A stretch of 63,734 nucleotides of DNA from Lama glama (lineage: Eukaryota), in assembly GCA_028534125.1 (NCBI GenBank), contig CM052817.1:33358267-33422000 (forward strand), in the 5' to 3' direction. The notes under the pieces are model-generated. The model saw only the letters and a list, made by a program, of their open reading frames with translations. It did no database searches and had not been told where the DNA came from. The position numbers and the translations under genes were made by a program. Each line of letters opens with the position of its first letter. The first letter of the stretch is position 1. Below, one piece after another: positions 1 through 12,200 of this stretch.

Positions 1-196
1 GAACAGATAAACAAGATTACACTGTATAGCACAGGGAAATATACACAAAATGTTATGATAAATCACAGAGAAAAAAATGTGACAATGAGTGTGTATATGT
101 CCATGTATGACTGAAAAATTGTACTGAACACTGGAATTTGACACAACACTGTAAAATGATTATGAATCAATAAAAATGTAAAAAAAAAAAAAAAAG
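1..196 (+). mobile_element. Young LINE-1 3' UTR end with poly(A) tail, continuing beyond the window start
   Basis: CTGTATAGCACAGGGAAATATA motif, AATAAA near 168 and an A-tail at about 180-195; closely similar to the copy at 48079-48402. Confidence 0.85.
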
Positions 197-284
197 AAAG
201 AGATCTATTTGTTTCTTTTTCTATGTACCTGAATGTCCAGTGGGTGTTAGACAGCCATGTGGGCAAGACCTTTGATTATATTCT

Positions 285-992
285 AGATTAAAAAAAAATC
301 TAGACAGGATATTATTGGTACAATTTGGGAAATTTATAAATATGGACTGTAAATTATCAATGTAAGGTAGAATTGTATCAGTGTTAAATTTCCTGAGTCT
401 ATAATCTATAGCTCTGTAAGAGAATGTCCTTGTAATTAGGAAAGATAAGTGAAACATTTAGGGGTAAATTATTAGGATGTCTGTGATTAAATCTCACATG
501 ATTTAGCCAAGGGGAGAAAAAGAGGTTTTCCTATAAACACACAGAGAAAATAATAAAGCAAATGCGCCAAAATATTACCAGTTGGAGAAGACAGGTGAAG
601 GGTACCCAGGGTTCCTTGAACTATTCTTGCATCTTTTCTGTCAGTGTGAATACAGTCAGCCCTCAGTATCTACAGGTTCCATATCCATAGACTCAATCAC
701 CCATGGATCGAAAATATTTGGGAAAAAAAAACTACTATGTTCCAAAAAGCGAAACTTGTATTTGCCTTGCACTAGCAACTGCTTACATAGCATTTACATT
801 GTATTAGGTACCATAAGAAATCTAGGGATAAATTTAAACTATACAGGAGAATGTGTGTAGGTTATATGCAAATACTACACCATTTTATATAAAGGACTTG
901 AGCATCCATAGTTCTGGTACCCACTGGGGTCTTGGAACCAATCCTTCATGGATACTGAGGGACTGCTGTATTTTCCAACAGAAAAAGTTGAA
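285..992 (+). mobile_element. Old L1 (L1MC-like) 3' end interrupted by MER2
   Basis: GTATCAGTGTTAAATTTCCTGA, GAGAATGTCCTTGT and ACTATTCTTGCATCTTTTCTGT motifs; the last residues resume after MER2 at about 971. Confidence 0.65.
653..968. mobile_element. MER2 (TcMar-Tigger non-autonomous DNA transposon)
   Basis: Terminal inverted repeats CAGTCAGCCCTCAGTATC / GATACTGAGGGACTGCTG, TA on both flanks (651-652, 969-970), homologous to 31706-32010. Confidence 0.85.
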
Positions 993-1344
993 GGAAGGTT
1001 GGGAAGCTTTTTGTTGGCTACAGAGCTTAAAGAAAGGAAAGTTATGCAGGATGTGGGATAATTCTCTGCCATGTGAAACAGCTCCCTGCTCCTGCTCCTT
1101 CCTAAGCTTCAACCTACTAAATGCGGATTGTCACCCTGAATGGCTATAGAGTTCAAAAGTGCCCCCCCCACCTCCTGAACATTTCCTTTAACTGAGACAG
1201 AGACAGAGACAGAGACAGAAAGCGAGCCAGCACTTGGTACCTCCCCACTCCCCTGAGACCCATCACTGGAGGAGACCCCAGGTAGTGACGGGCACTGAGT
1301 CAGGGGTCAGAAGAATTCATAGGCTTCTGGAGCAAAATAGAGAT

Positions 1345-1545
1345 CATCTCATTGCTCAAAGCGGGGTCCGTGGACCAGCAGTACCAGCTTGGGGAGTGGG
1401 GCCGGGAGGTGGGTGTTGATTGAAATGAGTCTCAGCTCCTACCCCACGCTCCTCACCCCCACCCCCAAACTGAGGAATCAGAATCTGTGTTTTAACAAGA
1501 TCTAGGTGATGTTACCGCATCTTAAAGTTGGAGAAGCTCCGCTTT
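1345..1545. mobile_element. MER5-like hAT-Charlie element
   Basis: GGACCAGCAG...AATCAGAATCTGTGTTTTAACAAGATC...AAGTTGGAGAAGC. Confidence 0.6.
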
Positions 1546-3137
1546 AGACTGTGGATTTTAAGCCGTGTCCTCTGAGCAATCCTGTGGGTGGCGTGAGCGT
1601 GGGGAGGGGGTCGCCTTCATTCCTGTTCCAACCAGAGACCCAGTTGCTTGGGCTTCCATTTAACCCTTGGGTTGAAGGAAAGGGTAGACAGCTAAAAACA
1701 TTTGAAAACCAGCCTCCAACTCTCATTCTACCAATGACGAAACAGGGGCCCCTGGAGGTTACAAGACTTGCCAACATGCACAGGATGTATTTGTGACAAT
1801 CAGGACTCAAACTCAGAGCTCCCCACCCTGAGCACCGTGCTCTTCCCACTAGTTCTCTGAGCTTGTTTTTCTAAATAAGTCCAGTAAGAGGCTGAACTAG
1901 GTGACTATGGCTGTCACTCAGCACAGGCAGATCGCAGCCTGGCCCACTCCCCACTGGAGGCTGGGCAGCAGACCCCCGCAGCATAGCCCACCCCAACTCA
2001 CAGACTTCTGGGCAAATACTTGGGATGTTGGCTCAGACCACTAAGCTTGTGTTAGAGACCCTCCGTACCATCTCCCCAGTACCATCACCAAACAGCCCCC
2101 TAGCCCTGCCCAAAGTCCATGCAGGTCAGAAGAAACAGTTTTCTTTCGAATCTAAACTGAGTTAGCTCTGGGATCTGAGATTAATCATTGCATTTCTTAC
2201 AGTAAAAGCGAGGGCTGTCACAGTGGTTGTTATTCCCAACTGTTTTACCTCCCAAGGGCTGTCTGAGACATTTCGCCTGCCCGGGCCTTCCAAAATTATC
2301 ATCTGCCTCTTAGGCAAAGCTGTTTTTATTAACTCATGATCTGCGGCATTACTAATTTATTACTTTGCTTTGTGTAGTGACTTGTCTTAAAAAGGCTGGC
2401 AATTAATCACATCTCCCTGCTCCAAGAGTCTTGATTTTAACTTCCTTTTCTGTTTTTACACTTATACACAAGTTTGAAACAGTGAAACGACCCTAAAGCA
2501 TAGATGAAACCACAGATTAGGTTTTTTTGCATGTTCAAAAAGTGGAGCAAAATCAATGAAAAGGAAACATTTTCATCTAATTGGAAGAGATTATGCCCAA
2601 GTTCTATTTATTCAAATACAGTCTTTCCTCAGCAGGATTGGACGTATACTCCCGAGTAAGGCACGTTAACCAGCCACTCAAACTAAATCAGTTAATAGGC
2701 TGATCCAGTTTTCCAGTTCCAGCTGACTGATAAACACAAACTAAACAAAAGCATCAAAGCCAAAGAACAAACTGGGAACTGACTGTTCTTTTGCTTTTAT
2801 GTTTTCTGCTATTGTTTACAAACTTGAGGCAGAGAAGCCAGTGAAAAGTCCACTCGTACTTCTATCTTCAGTGACTTTTTAAATTGTGTATTCTTCGAAC
2901 TGGCTCTAGATGGATCAGTGATCAATCTTGAGATTATTCAAATTAGCTAAAGTGAAAATCATGCAACTGACTAGCTGCTACTGCCTTGCACTTGGTTCCA
3001 AGAATTTTGCTGTCAGGCCACAAGATGTGCATTCTCTTTTTTTATGAGTCCTTTGTTTCAGATTCACACAGGGGAAGCCAGAAGTCTAGGAGAGCCAATG
3101 TTTGGTTTTATTTCTCTTGGAAATCCTGGTTGCTCAT

Positions 3138-3507
3138 TGTGATGGACTGATTCATGTTCCTCCCAAATTCATATGCTGAAGCAACCCCCAGTTCTTCCGA
3201 ACGGGACTATATTTGGAGATAGGGTCTTTAAAGAGGCAATTAAGTTAAACTGAAGTCATTAGGATAGTCCCTAATCCAGCATGACTGGTGTCCTTATGAA
3301 AAGAGGAAAATTGGGCACAGACATGTACAGAGGAAGACCATGTGAAGACAGGGGGAAGATGGCCATCTGCAAGCCAAGAAGAGTGGTCTCAGAAGAAACC
3401 AACCCTGCTGACACCTTGACCTTGGACTTCCAGCCTCCAGAACTGTGACAAAATACATCTCTGTTGGTTAAGAGTCTTTGTTATGGCAGCTATAGGAAAC
3501 TAATATG
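3138..3507 (+). mobile_element. MaLR solo LTR (MLT1A/B-like)
   Basis: Starts TGTGATGGACTGA; contains CAAATTCATATGCTGAAG and GGACTTCCAGCCTCCAGAACTGTG; ends GGAAACTAATATG. Confidence 0.85.
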
Positions 3508-3869
3508 CTCTGCTTTCATTCAGGTCTTAAATGTTCTATTTAAGCTGAAAAAAAAACAATACATTTGACTATAAAAAGTTACATATGCTCATAGGGAGTA
3601 GAAATCACCTGAGAAGAGAATGTGGAAGTCTGGGCTGGCCACAGAGCAAATGTGTAGCTATGAGGCAGATTCTTCCCAGGGACTCGGCACCTGGCTGGTT
3701 GGAAGTCATACTCTCTAAATGAGCTTCTCCTCTTACAGGTCAGGAGGGGACAAATTCTGCGCATGAGCCAGAGAGGCTTCTCTGAGCTTCCTCCCCAGGG
3801 GAATGGATACAGCTCCATGAACATGGGCTCCTGGGAGATGACATATGGTTTGATGATTTGAATGAAAGT

Positions 3870-4240
3870 CCGTAGATATTTCAGTCACTAGGCGAAGTTA
3901 GATAATTCATGTAAGCTAATTAATGTAAGACGATCCTCGAAATCTTAGTGCCTTGATACGAAAAAATATGATGTGTCTTTGTGATAAAATTTGCTATGGC
4001 TTAGCAGGAGTTCATCTCCAAGATCTCCTCCAGGGATCCAGGGTCCCTCCATCCTGTGATACTGCTATCTCAACATGGGGCTTTCAGGATCACTATGTTG
4101 GGGGGCAAGAAAGAGCACACACACACCAGCTTTTACCTCCTAAACCCAATGTGACACGTATGCTCATGACCCATTTGTTCCAGCTAACACCAAGGGAAGC
4201 GGGGAAATGGAGTGGAGCACGTGGACTATTTGCTGAGCTA
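3870..4240 (-). mobile_element. Old MaLR LTR fragment (MLT1J/K/L-like)
   Basis: CAGGGATCCAGG..CTCCATCCTGTG and CAAGGGAAGCGGGGAAATG motifs. Confidence 0.5.
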
Positions 4241-4332
4241 GGAGGGTCTCTGTCATTTTTTGAACATTCATTTGCACTAGCTACAGCGCTAAGACTTTTA
4301 CAGGTAGTCTTTTTTTTCCAGCTATCAAAGAC

Positions 4333-4850
4333 TTTTTAAAAAATTGAGGTGAAATTCATATGATATGAAATTAACCATCTTAAAAAGAACATTTCAGTGA
4401 CATTCAGTGCCTTCACAATATTATTCAACCACCACCCTTATCTAGTTCCAAACATGTTCATCACCCCAAAGGAAACCCTGTACCCATTAAGCCATCATTC
4501 TACCTTATCCCCTCCCCCAAGCTCCTGGCACTTACCAATCTGTTTTCTGTCTCTATGGATTTACCTATTCTGGGTACTTCATATAATGGAACCATACAAT
4601 ATGTGACCTTTGTTGTCAGGCTTCTTTCACTTAACATAATGTTTTTGAGATTCACCCATGTTGTAGTATGTAACAGTACTTCATTCCTTTTTATTGTTGA
4701 ATAACATTCCACTGTGTGCATATACCACAATTTGTTTGTCCAATGTATGCATGTACCCTTATTTGCAGTTAAGGAATGAACAGCTCTTGACAGATGTTTG
4801 GGCTGCTTCCACATTTTGGCCGCTGTGAATAATGCTGCTATGAACATACA
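4333..4850 (-). mobile_element. L1MB-like LINE-1 3' end, including the degraded end of ORF2
   Basis: ORF track 4500-4847 gives MFIAALFTAAKMWKQPK, the L1 ORF2 C-terminal motif; typical 3' UTR. Confidence 0.9.
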
Positions 4851-4859
4851 GTGTCTTGC

Positions 4860-4990
4860 TTCATCCCTTTTTTATAAATGTGGAAACTGAGACTTAAGAG
4901 GTTAAGTTGCCCAAAGTCAAATAAAAGTAAGTGGTAGAACCCACATGGAGATTCAGATATGTCTGTTTCCAGAAGCCCATAGCCACGAGG
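4860..4990 (-). mobile_element. MIR SINE
   Basis: Core GGAAACTGAGACTTAAGAGGTTAAGTTGCCCAAAGTCA. Confidence 0.75.
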
Positions 4991-6439
4991 CTATACTGAT
5001 GGGAAATTTTTTACTAAGAATCTCAAAACTCTTATCTTTATTTTTATTTGTCTTTGAATCACTTGAAAACTAAAAGGTCAAAATCCTGAAGTATTTGAAA
5101 TGATGGTCTTCACTGTCTAAATTATCTGAATTATCTGGGTGACTTGAAGATATGAAGACTTGGGTTTAAGACTGGTGATAACTTTCATCGATCTTGTAAG
5201 TGTATCCAGTGCAGCATTTTATTTTCAATGTTAAAAAATTTCACCGAGGTAGTATTTCCTCTCAGTGTGCTTTGCTTTCTTTTAAAAAGAAGACGTTCAG
5301 ATGTTTCACACAGTTTCAACAGATGGTCCCCAAAGTGTCAAAGAAATGAACAATGAAGTAAGATGATGGCACACAGCTTACAGGTTAAATTTTCATGGAC
5401 ACCCCTGGAAAAGGAGAGCTTGCCCTCAAGATAACCTGCGACTCATAAACTGAGAAGAACTGTGTAATGCTGAAGGGTCAAAAAAAATCTGAAAAAATGC
5501 CAGAGCAGGGAGAGGTCACCGGCCCCAAACAAATCAGACCCACCCAAACACTGATCAGAGCCATGCCTTCCTGATGGCTGAAGTGAATTCTCTTTGTCTA
5601 TTTGCACTGTGATGGATTATTATTTTTAAGTCATTGGTCATCTTTAAAATATGGTCTTTTGTTTTGGCTCCAGACCTACTCACTCATTTAGTTTGAACAC
5701 AACAACTTCAGTAATACAGTGATTTTTTAAAAAAAATTATTTAGAGACACATTCATATGGCTCAAAACAGATACTCTGACCTGTGAGACTTGCCCTTAAT
5801 TTGACCTTGTCTCCAAGAACCTTACTGGAGACAATAGGAAAACCTCAAATATTCAGACTAATTGCATGGTGGGGGAGGACAGAAACCAGATGAAGTTAGT
5901 GGGAAGTCTGAGTTATAAAAGTTTCTAAGAAATACCATCCTATTTTTTTCCTAAGCTATATTCAAAATCAAAATGCTGCTAATAAAAGGCCAATGGATAG
6001 AAACATTCAATATTAGTTCTTGCACTGGTCAGCAGTTTGGGGCCCTGTTTTCATTGGTTTGAAGCAGAATTAGAAAAGCAAGAACTGTGCAAATGTTCAT
6101 GGGATTAAATTTATTCAGCTTTCAAATTCTGAGGTTATTTAGTTCCTAATGTTTTGATTTTTAAGTTATTCTTTCTTTCAAGAAATGATGGTGAAATAGG
6201 TTTTCTAAAAGAAAAAGAACTTAAAAATAAATTAATTAAAAAAAAAAGAAAAGAAAAAGAACTTGTTTATTTAGCAAAGCAAAAACATGACACTCCTTTG
6301 GTCAAACTCCCAAATATTTCAAAAATTTTATTCACCTGTAAAATCTAGCACCGCTGGGCTCACTATTCTTAGAGACCTACCTTTCTTAATAAATGAGTAA
6401 CAGGTTGGTAAATATCTGGTGTCAACATCTTTCCACAGA

Positions 6440-6715
6440 GGCAGTTGGGAGTAGTGTTTAAAAGCCTGGGCTTTGGGATCAGTCAGATCTCAAGTCCAAC
6501 CTTGGTTGTACCACTTGCAGAGTTAAGACCCTGGGCAAGTCATGTGACATCTGCAGACCTCTGTTTCCTTATCTGTAAAATGAGGATGATAACAGCACAG
6601 TGTCTATCTCTTACAGTTAATATGAGGAAGAAATAAGAAAGTGAATGTGAAGCAATTAGCACATGGTGAATACTCAATGAATGTTATTTATTATTATTAT
6701 TATTAACATTATTAA
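6440..6715 (+). mobile_element. MIR SINE
   Basis: GACCCTGGGCAAGTCA...CTCTGTTTCCTTATCTGTAAAATGAGGATGATAA with a (TTA)n tail. Confidence 0.85.
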
Positions 6716-7469
6716 TAAATGAATGACTATTTGAAACATACACTCTTAGCAGGAGTTCAGACTGTACTCTTCCTTATATTATGAATTTGCTAGGCAAACC
6801 CTGCCTTCTGGGATGTTTCAAAAATGGATTGGTTTGGCCCCTGTTAAATGAGCCTAGCTTTCAGATCATAGCATATAAAGTATTGAGATTTTTGGCCTGA
6901 TATTCCTCCCTCCAAGAGCAGAGGGAAGAAACCCCTCTCTGCTCTCCCACCACCTCCCTATCTTGGGCTCCCCGGTAGGAATGTCTTGGCCATTATGCTG
7001 CCTTACAATGCTCTCAGGTTCCACAGGGACATCAGGAAAACCAGAGACGGACGCTGGTGGTAGCCCTCCTGGCTCCTCCCTCAACCACATGCAGACTCTC
7101 AAGGAAGCTTAGAGACAATGTCTGTCTGACCTTATCATTTTATCCACAAGGCAACTAAAGTCAAGGCTGTTAGAGTGACAGAGCAGTAAAGTTAGGGAGC
7201 AAAAGAGTCAAGGCTGAGTGCATGTTTAAAGTCCTTATTTCAACCTCTCTAAATAACTGCACACTGGATGGCCATAATGACTTCCTTCATGAGGCTCAAG
7301 CAGTTTGCACACATATGTACTTGTCCATCACCAAACACTGAAGGAGAGGTAACTTGGGGACCGTGCTGAATTTTGTCGCTCATTCAGCGCCATCCGCCAT
7401 ATGGAGCCCCCTCCCTGCCTCTCTTTTACCATCTCTTTCTGCCTCCTTCCAAACACCCAGTGCCCTCAG

Positions 7470-7735
7470 GTCATTCTATTCCAGTCCCCTGTTATCTGTC
7501 CTCATAGCACCTTGTACTTCTCTTTCCCAGATCTTATCACAATTCAAATTTTGCTTCTCCCCTTCCAGACTCTAAACTCTCAGAGGGGCTGGGTCTGTTT
7601 TCGCTCAACATTGTATCCCAGCTTTTGGCATGAAGCCTAGAACATCACACACCTTCAGTAAGTATTTGTTAAATGGATGGAGGGAGGAAGAGAGGGATGG
7701 ATGGATGCACAGATGAATGGGTGGGTGGATGGGAT
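7470..7735 (+). mobile_element. L2 LINE 3' end
   Basis: AGACTCTAAACTCTCAGAGGG...CAGTAAGTATTTGTTAAATGGATGG tail. Confidence 0.75.
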
Positions 7736-8044
7736 ACTCAGACTACTATCATCCCATGGAAGTCTAGGATTAGAATCTCCTACTGCTTCTTGTCCCATCA
7801 AAATGCAATGCCCTGTTTTCCACATTTACAGCTTCTTGCTCTCTGAGTCTTTTTAACTTGTTACACACATCTAAATACTCTGCAAAGCAATGTCCGTGCG
7901 TTTTAACAGTAACTTTTGTCCAAACAAAATGCCAGACGAGTAACTCTGATAGTGAAACTGCAGGCCTTGAGGGCCTGGGGAAGAGTAAGGGATGAGTCAG
8001 AAGTCCCTTCGGCAACCTCTCAATTCAGCAATTCCAGTAAATCA

Positions 8045-8305
8045 GGAAGCCAGTATAGTGAATGGTTTAGTGCGAAGCTTCCAGCCTCAGACGGCACAGA
8101 CCTGGGCTCCACCTCCACCACTCAGTGGCTATGTAGCACAGGGCATGTTCCTTAACTTCTCTGTGCCTCAGTTTCCTGCGCTGTCAAACTGAGATGATAC
8201 AGCTCAAGCCATGGGGTTTCTTGGTTATTCTGAGAACTGAATAGCGTGTTCTATCCAGAACACTTAGAACAGTACTTGGCCTGCCTCAGTAAACACCAGC
8301 TATCA
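8045..8305 (+). mobile_element. MIR SINE
   Basis: CTTAACTTCTCTGTGCCTCAGTTTCCT core. Confidence 0.8.
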
Positions 8306-9239
8306 TTTCATACGAACTCAGGCCTTGCTTTTCCACCCCAAGTAACATTACTGTGTGGATCTTTATCTGATTGCAACATCTGTTTCCAAATCCCAGCCGA
8401 AGTTTGACTTGCCGCCATAGAGAAAGTTCACAGGACTCTGTCTTTGCTTGTAGGCCTGCGCGAAGCAGCATGCCAGGTGGCCCTGGGGAACAAGACGACA
8501 CCCCGTGGCGTGATGACTTGAGAGGGCAGCCTCCACTTGGCAGTGTAAATTCTGGAATGTGTGCTTTTAGGAAAGTCAGCTGTACAAAGGAGGTGGGCTT
8601 TGCTGGGCTGAGAGCGTGTTTCTGGAGCCCAGATGGAGCAGATGAGGACCCGCAGACCTGGGTGGGTGCAGAGACCTGTTCCTAAGGCAACTGTGGCATC
8701 ACACCTTGGTCTGATGGCCCTGACCGCTGGCGATCTGTACCCTGGGCCTCTCTCCCCTGGCTGATAAGCCCCTCTCAGGGCCTCTCTGTAACGTTCCCAT
8801 TTCAGTGTGTTTACCTTTACGACAAATGCACATTTCATTATTAATGGAGGCCCAGGGTGAACGAGCAGCTGTTGCTTCTCACTTTGCTTTACAGACTTCA
8901 GAAGCCTCCATTAAACTCCTTGGACGAAAGGGTCCAAGGGGCTGCAGCTCACACACCACCCACCCCATCCCCCGAGTCCTTGTTTACGTGGAAAGTGAAA
9001 GAAAAAACGGAGAGCAGCCAAAAAAGGTGAAATTCGAGGAACCAGACACTGCCACTTGGATGAGAAGCCGTAAGCCACACAGAGCAACTCCTGATCCTCT
9101 TTTACTGAAGCCTAGAGGGAGAACTTGTCAGAAACCAGGGGCCGGCAAGGAAAGGAAAAGAATGGGGTCATGTCCCATGTTCTCAGGGACAATTCTCTCA
9201 GACCTTTTCCAGAAAAGCTCTGTGTGAAGTAATCCAGTA

Positions 9240-9505
9240 ACAAGACAGATATTCTGTGAGTCCACTTACGTGACGTACAGAGAATAGTCCAAAACCACAG
9301 AGTCAGGAAGTAGACGAGGGGTTGCCAGTGGGGCTGGGGGTGCAGGGAAATGGGGAATATTGTTCAATAGGTAGCGTTTCAGTTCTACCAAACAAAGAGA
9401 GTTCTGGAGACGGATGGTGGTGATGGTTGCACAACATTATGAATGTACTTCATACCACTGAACTATACACTAACAATGGTCACGGAGGTAAATGTTACGT
9501 GTATT
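9240..9505 (+). mobile_element. L1MB-like 3' UTR fragment
   Basis: GTTCTGGAGACGGATGGTGGTGATGGTTGCACAACATTATGAATGTACTT. Confidence 0.85.
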
Positions 9506-9959
9506 GTGCTAACATATCTGTACCTATATGTTCTGCTCCTTGGAAAGCAACTTGCATTAATTCAGAGATATGGTCACGATGTGTGGAAGCGGCTTCTCTT
9601 CCAAGCTGTTTAGAAATATGTGCCCAACTTAACTCTGGGACTGGCTTGAAGAACAGGCAATGTCAAAGCAGCTCTGAGTCACACTGAGGAAGGTTCAGCA
9701 AAACCTGGTGGAGTCAGCCTGTTGCAAAAATGTGGAGAAGCTAAGGTTGGTCTTTCCCTCATCTCCCATTTCTTCTAGTTTCCCCAATTTTATCTGGCTT
9801 TTATGCTCTCTTCTGAATTTCTTCCATCACAGAGAAAGGTTTACCACCTGCTTGTAGATAAAACTGTATTTTGGTCCTTGCACCTGGTAGACACTTTGGT
9901 AAATATTAGCTGAATGAATAAACTATCCTCACCCCACCCCAAGAGTACCAATGATTTAT

Positions 9960-10460
9960 AAAGTCCACTTACTCTTCCCAAACCTCTTTCATTTCTATTA
10001 CCTCATTTTGGCCTCAAAACACCCATTCAGGTTTGTCACCACTGGGGACTTGGCAGAAGGGACATTAGTGTTGCCATTTCTCAGGTGAGGAAAATCAAGG
10101 TGCACTTGGCCAAGGTCACACAGTCAGTGTTTGAAGGCATAGGCTTAGCATCAGGGCTCCTGGCTGGCTGCTCAGTACCCTCTGTACACAGTCAGGATGG
10201 CTCATCCTCAGGAGAACACTGACATTTATGGAACACGTATCATGTGCCAGGTACCAGCTAAGAGCTTTATGTGTGTCATCTTCCTTGATCCCACCACAAC
10301 CCTCCAGGGAGATTTTATTATTATTCCCATTTTGCAGAAGAGGAAAATAGGGTACAGGTTGGGGTGGTAAAGAGAGAGAGAAACACATCGCTAGTACATC
10401 ATGCAACCAGGATGCGACCCCAAGCTGTCTGGCTTAAATCCATGCACTGAACTACTATAT
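9960..10460 (-). mobile_element. Two adjacent MIR SINEs (about 9960-10170 and 10220-10460)
   Basis: CCATTTCTCAGGTGAGGAAA..CTTGGCCAAGGTCACACAG and CCCATTTTGCAGAAGAGGAAA cores. Confidence 0.7.
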
Positions 10461-11129
10461 AATTACCGTCTTAAGACGAAAGTGATGTAATATTACCCGG
10501 CAAAGAAGTTTTTTCCAAGGAAACCCAGAGAAAGAGGAAATGTTTAATCCAAAGGATGGCCCCCTACAGGGGGACTCTCAGGTGTTTGGGGACCAGAGGA
10601 AGTATTTGGGGGCAAAAATGACTCTTTCTTTGGAAACTTCTCTGGCCTGAAGTTCCTAGTCTTTGAAGTCTATTCAACTGGAATAGATTTTGCAGAAAAA
10701 CTCTCCAATACATTCCAGTTTAAAGGGAAATTCTAGACCATTGCCCCAGTTTTACTGACCCAGGTTAATCTTTCATGTTGCCCAAGGGAATCATCTTCAA
10801 CAGAGTCTATTTTGATTCTAAGGTCCAGTAGATTTCACTCGTTGTACCAGAAACATGCCTCTGCTCTTCTGATTCTGCTCTGATTATGACAGAGACGGTA
10901 ATATCGATCTTTTGATCCTACCGTCCTCTCTAATGATACGACAATGCCAAAGTAGGACTTACCTAAAAATACATAGAATAATATTAATTTTTAAAGACTC
11001 GTAATTACTTCCCCTCATAATATGATAAGTATAATGCTTATAACTATTAAAAGTAAATTTGGAGTAGATATGATTTTAATATTTAAGAAAAAGGAAGAAT
11101 GTATCCTGCATGTGTCGGTGCTTTTACAA

Positions 11130-11640
11130 TACCAAGTGAAGGAAACTAATAAAACCACCTTACATAATGAAGGAGGTTGGTTCCTACAAGTAGGAAATGC
11201 AGAAGTCAAGAGGGCCCAAGAGACCTTTAAGATGCAAATGATATCCTATCTCCCTCTCTTCCTCTCTGTCCCCATTGCTGGTCTCTGCTTTTCTTGGTAC
11301 TTGGGCCTCAGTTCCCCCATCGTGGCTGAACCCTTGCCACAAAGAGGAACATGGCCTCATACAGCTTCAAGCATAATCATTCCTGACGGGAATTTTCCAG
11401 AGGAAACAGAGAGGTCTTCTCTCTGATCACATAAATATACAATCCAGGGAAGGACCCTGACTGGTTCTTGTTTGGCCAAATGCCTATGCTGGGTCCGTTC
11501 CTGTGGCCACGGAGAGGTATGATTGGCCAGGTACAGAACCCATGCTCCCTTCCGTGGTCAGCGGGTGAGTGCTGTGATTGCAGGCCCTTCTAGAACCTCC
11601 TGGGGAGGGAAGGGGCGTGGTTCCCCACAGCGGGTCGGGA
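11130..11640 (-). mobile_element. Old MaLR LTR (MLT1K/L-like)
   Basis: CTCTGCTTTTCTTGGT..GGCCTCA and TGATTGGCCAGG motifs. Confidence 0.45.
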
Positions 11641-11899
11641 GCCGTATGTGGAAACTGGCTAGTGTCACATGGGCCATTCTGTGACCCTGGCCAAGCAGGA
11701 ACCACAGCCAGGGTCAACTCCAATCTAACTTTAATCATTTGGACTAAAAAGGGGATTTGGGTTAGAAATAGAAAGAATAACTTTATTATGTTTCAGAACC
11801 TACTGTCCCAATGACACACACCAAAAAGTCACGTACCTACGCACACAGACATCTCCTGACTGCACAATACACCAGAAAGACACACAGTTGTGTTCAGTG

Positions 11900-12200
11900 A
11901 AGCACAGATGCTATTGCTTATCAAATGTGTGACTTTGGATGAGGTCCATTCTTTTTTTTTTCTGTCTTTAGTGGGAATAACAGCACTCCATACCTCACAG
12001 GGTCAGCGGGAGGACAAACGTGTTAATACCTGTAAAGCAACTGGTATAGTCCCTGCCTGGCTCATTAAATGCTATCCAGGTGTTTGCTGTTTTTAGTGTT
12101 AGTATTCACATCAGTATTAGGATTACGTGACCTTGGGCAGCTGCCCCCATCTCTCTGCTTCAGATTGCTTCTCTGTAAAATGCAAATGGCATTTCAAAGT
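11900..12200 (+). mobile_element. MIR fragments
   Basis: TGTGTGACTTTGG..TACCTCACAGGG and GTGACCTTGGGCAG..CTGTAAAATG. Confidence 0.6.

Noticed and set aside
4500..4847. ORF with a protein-like motif (also 28621-28842, 44983-45168, 48718-48918, 49985-50392)
   Set aside because: Decayed LINE-1 ORF2 C-terminal remnants, not host genes
8510..8611. GTGATGA...CTGA resembling C and D boxes of a snoRNA
   Set aside because: No terminal stem and no recognisable rRNA or snRNA antisense element
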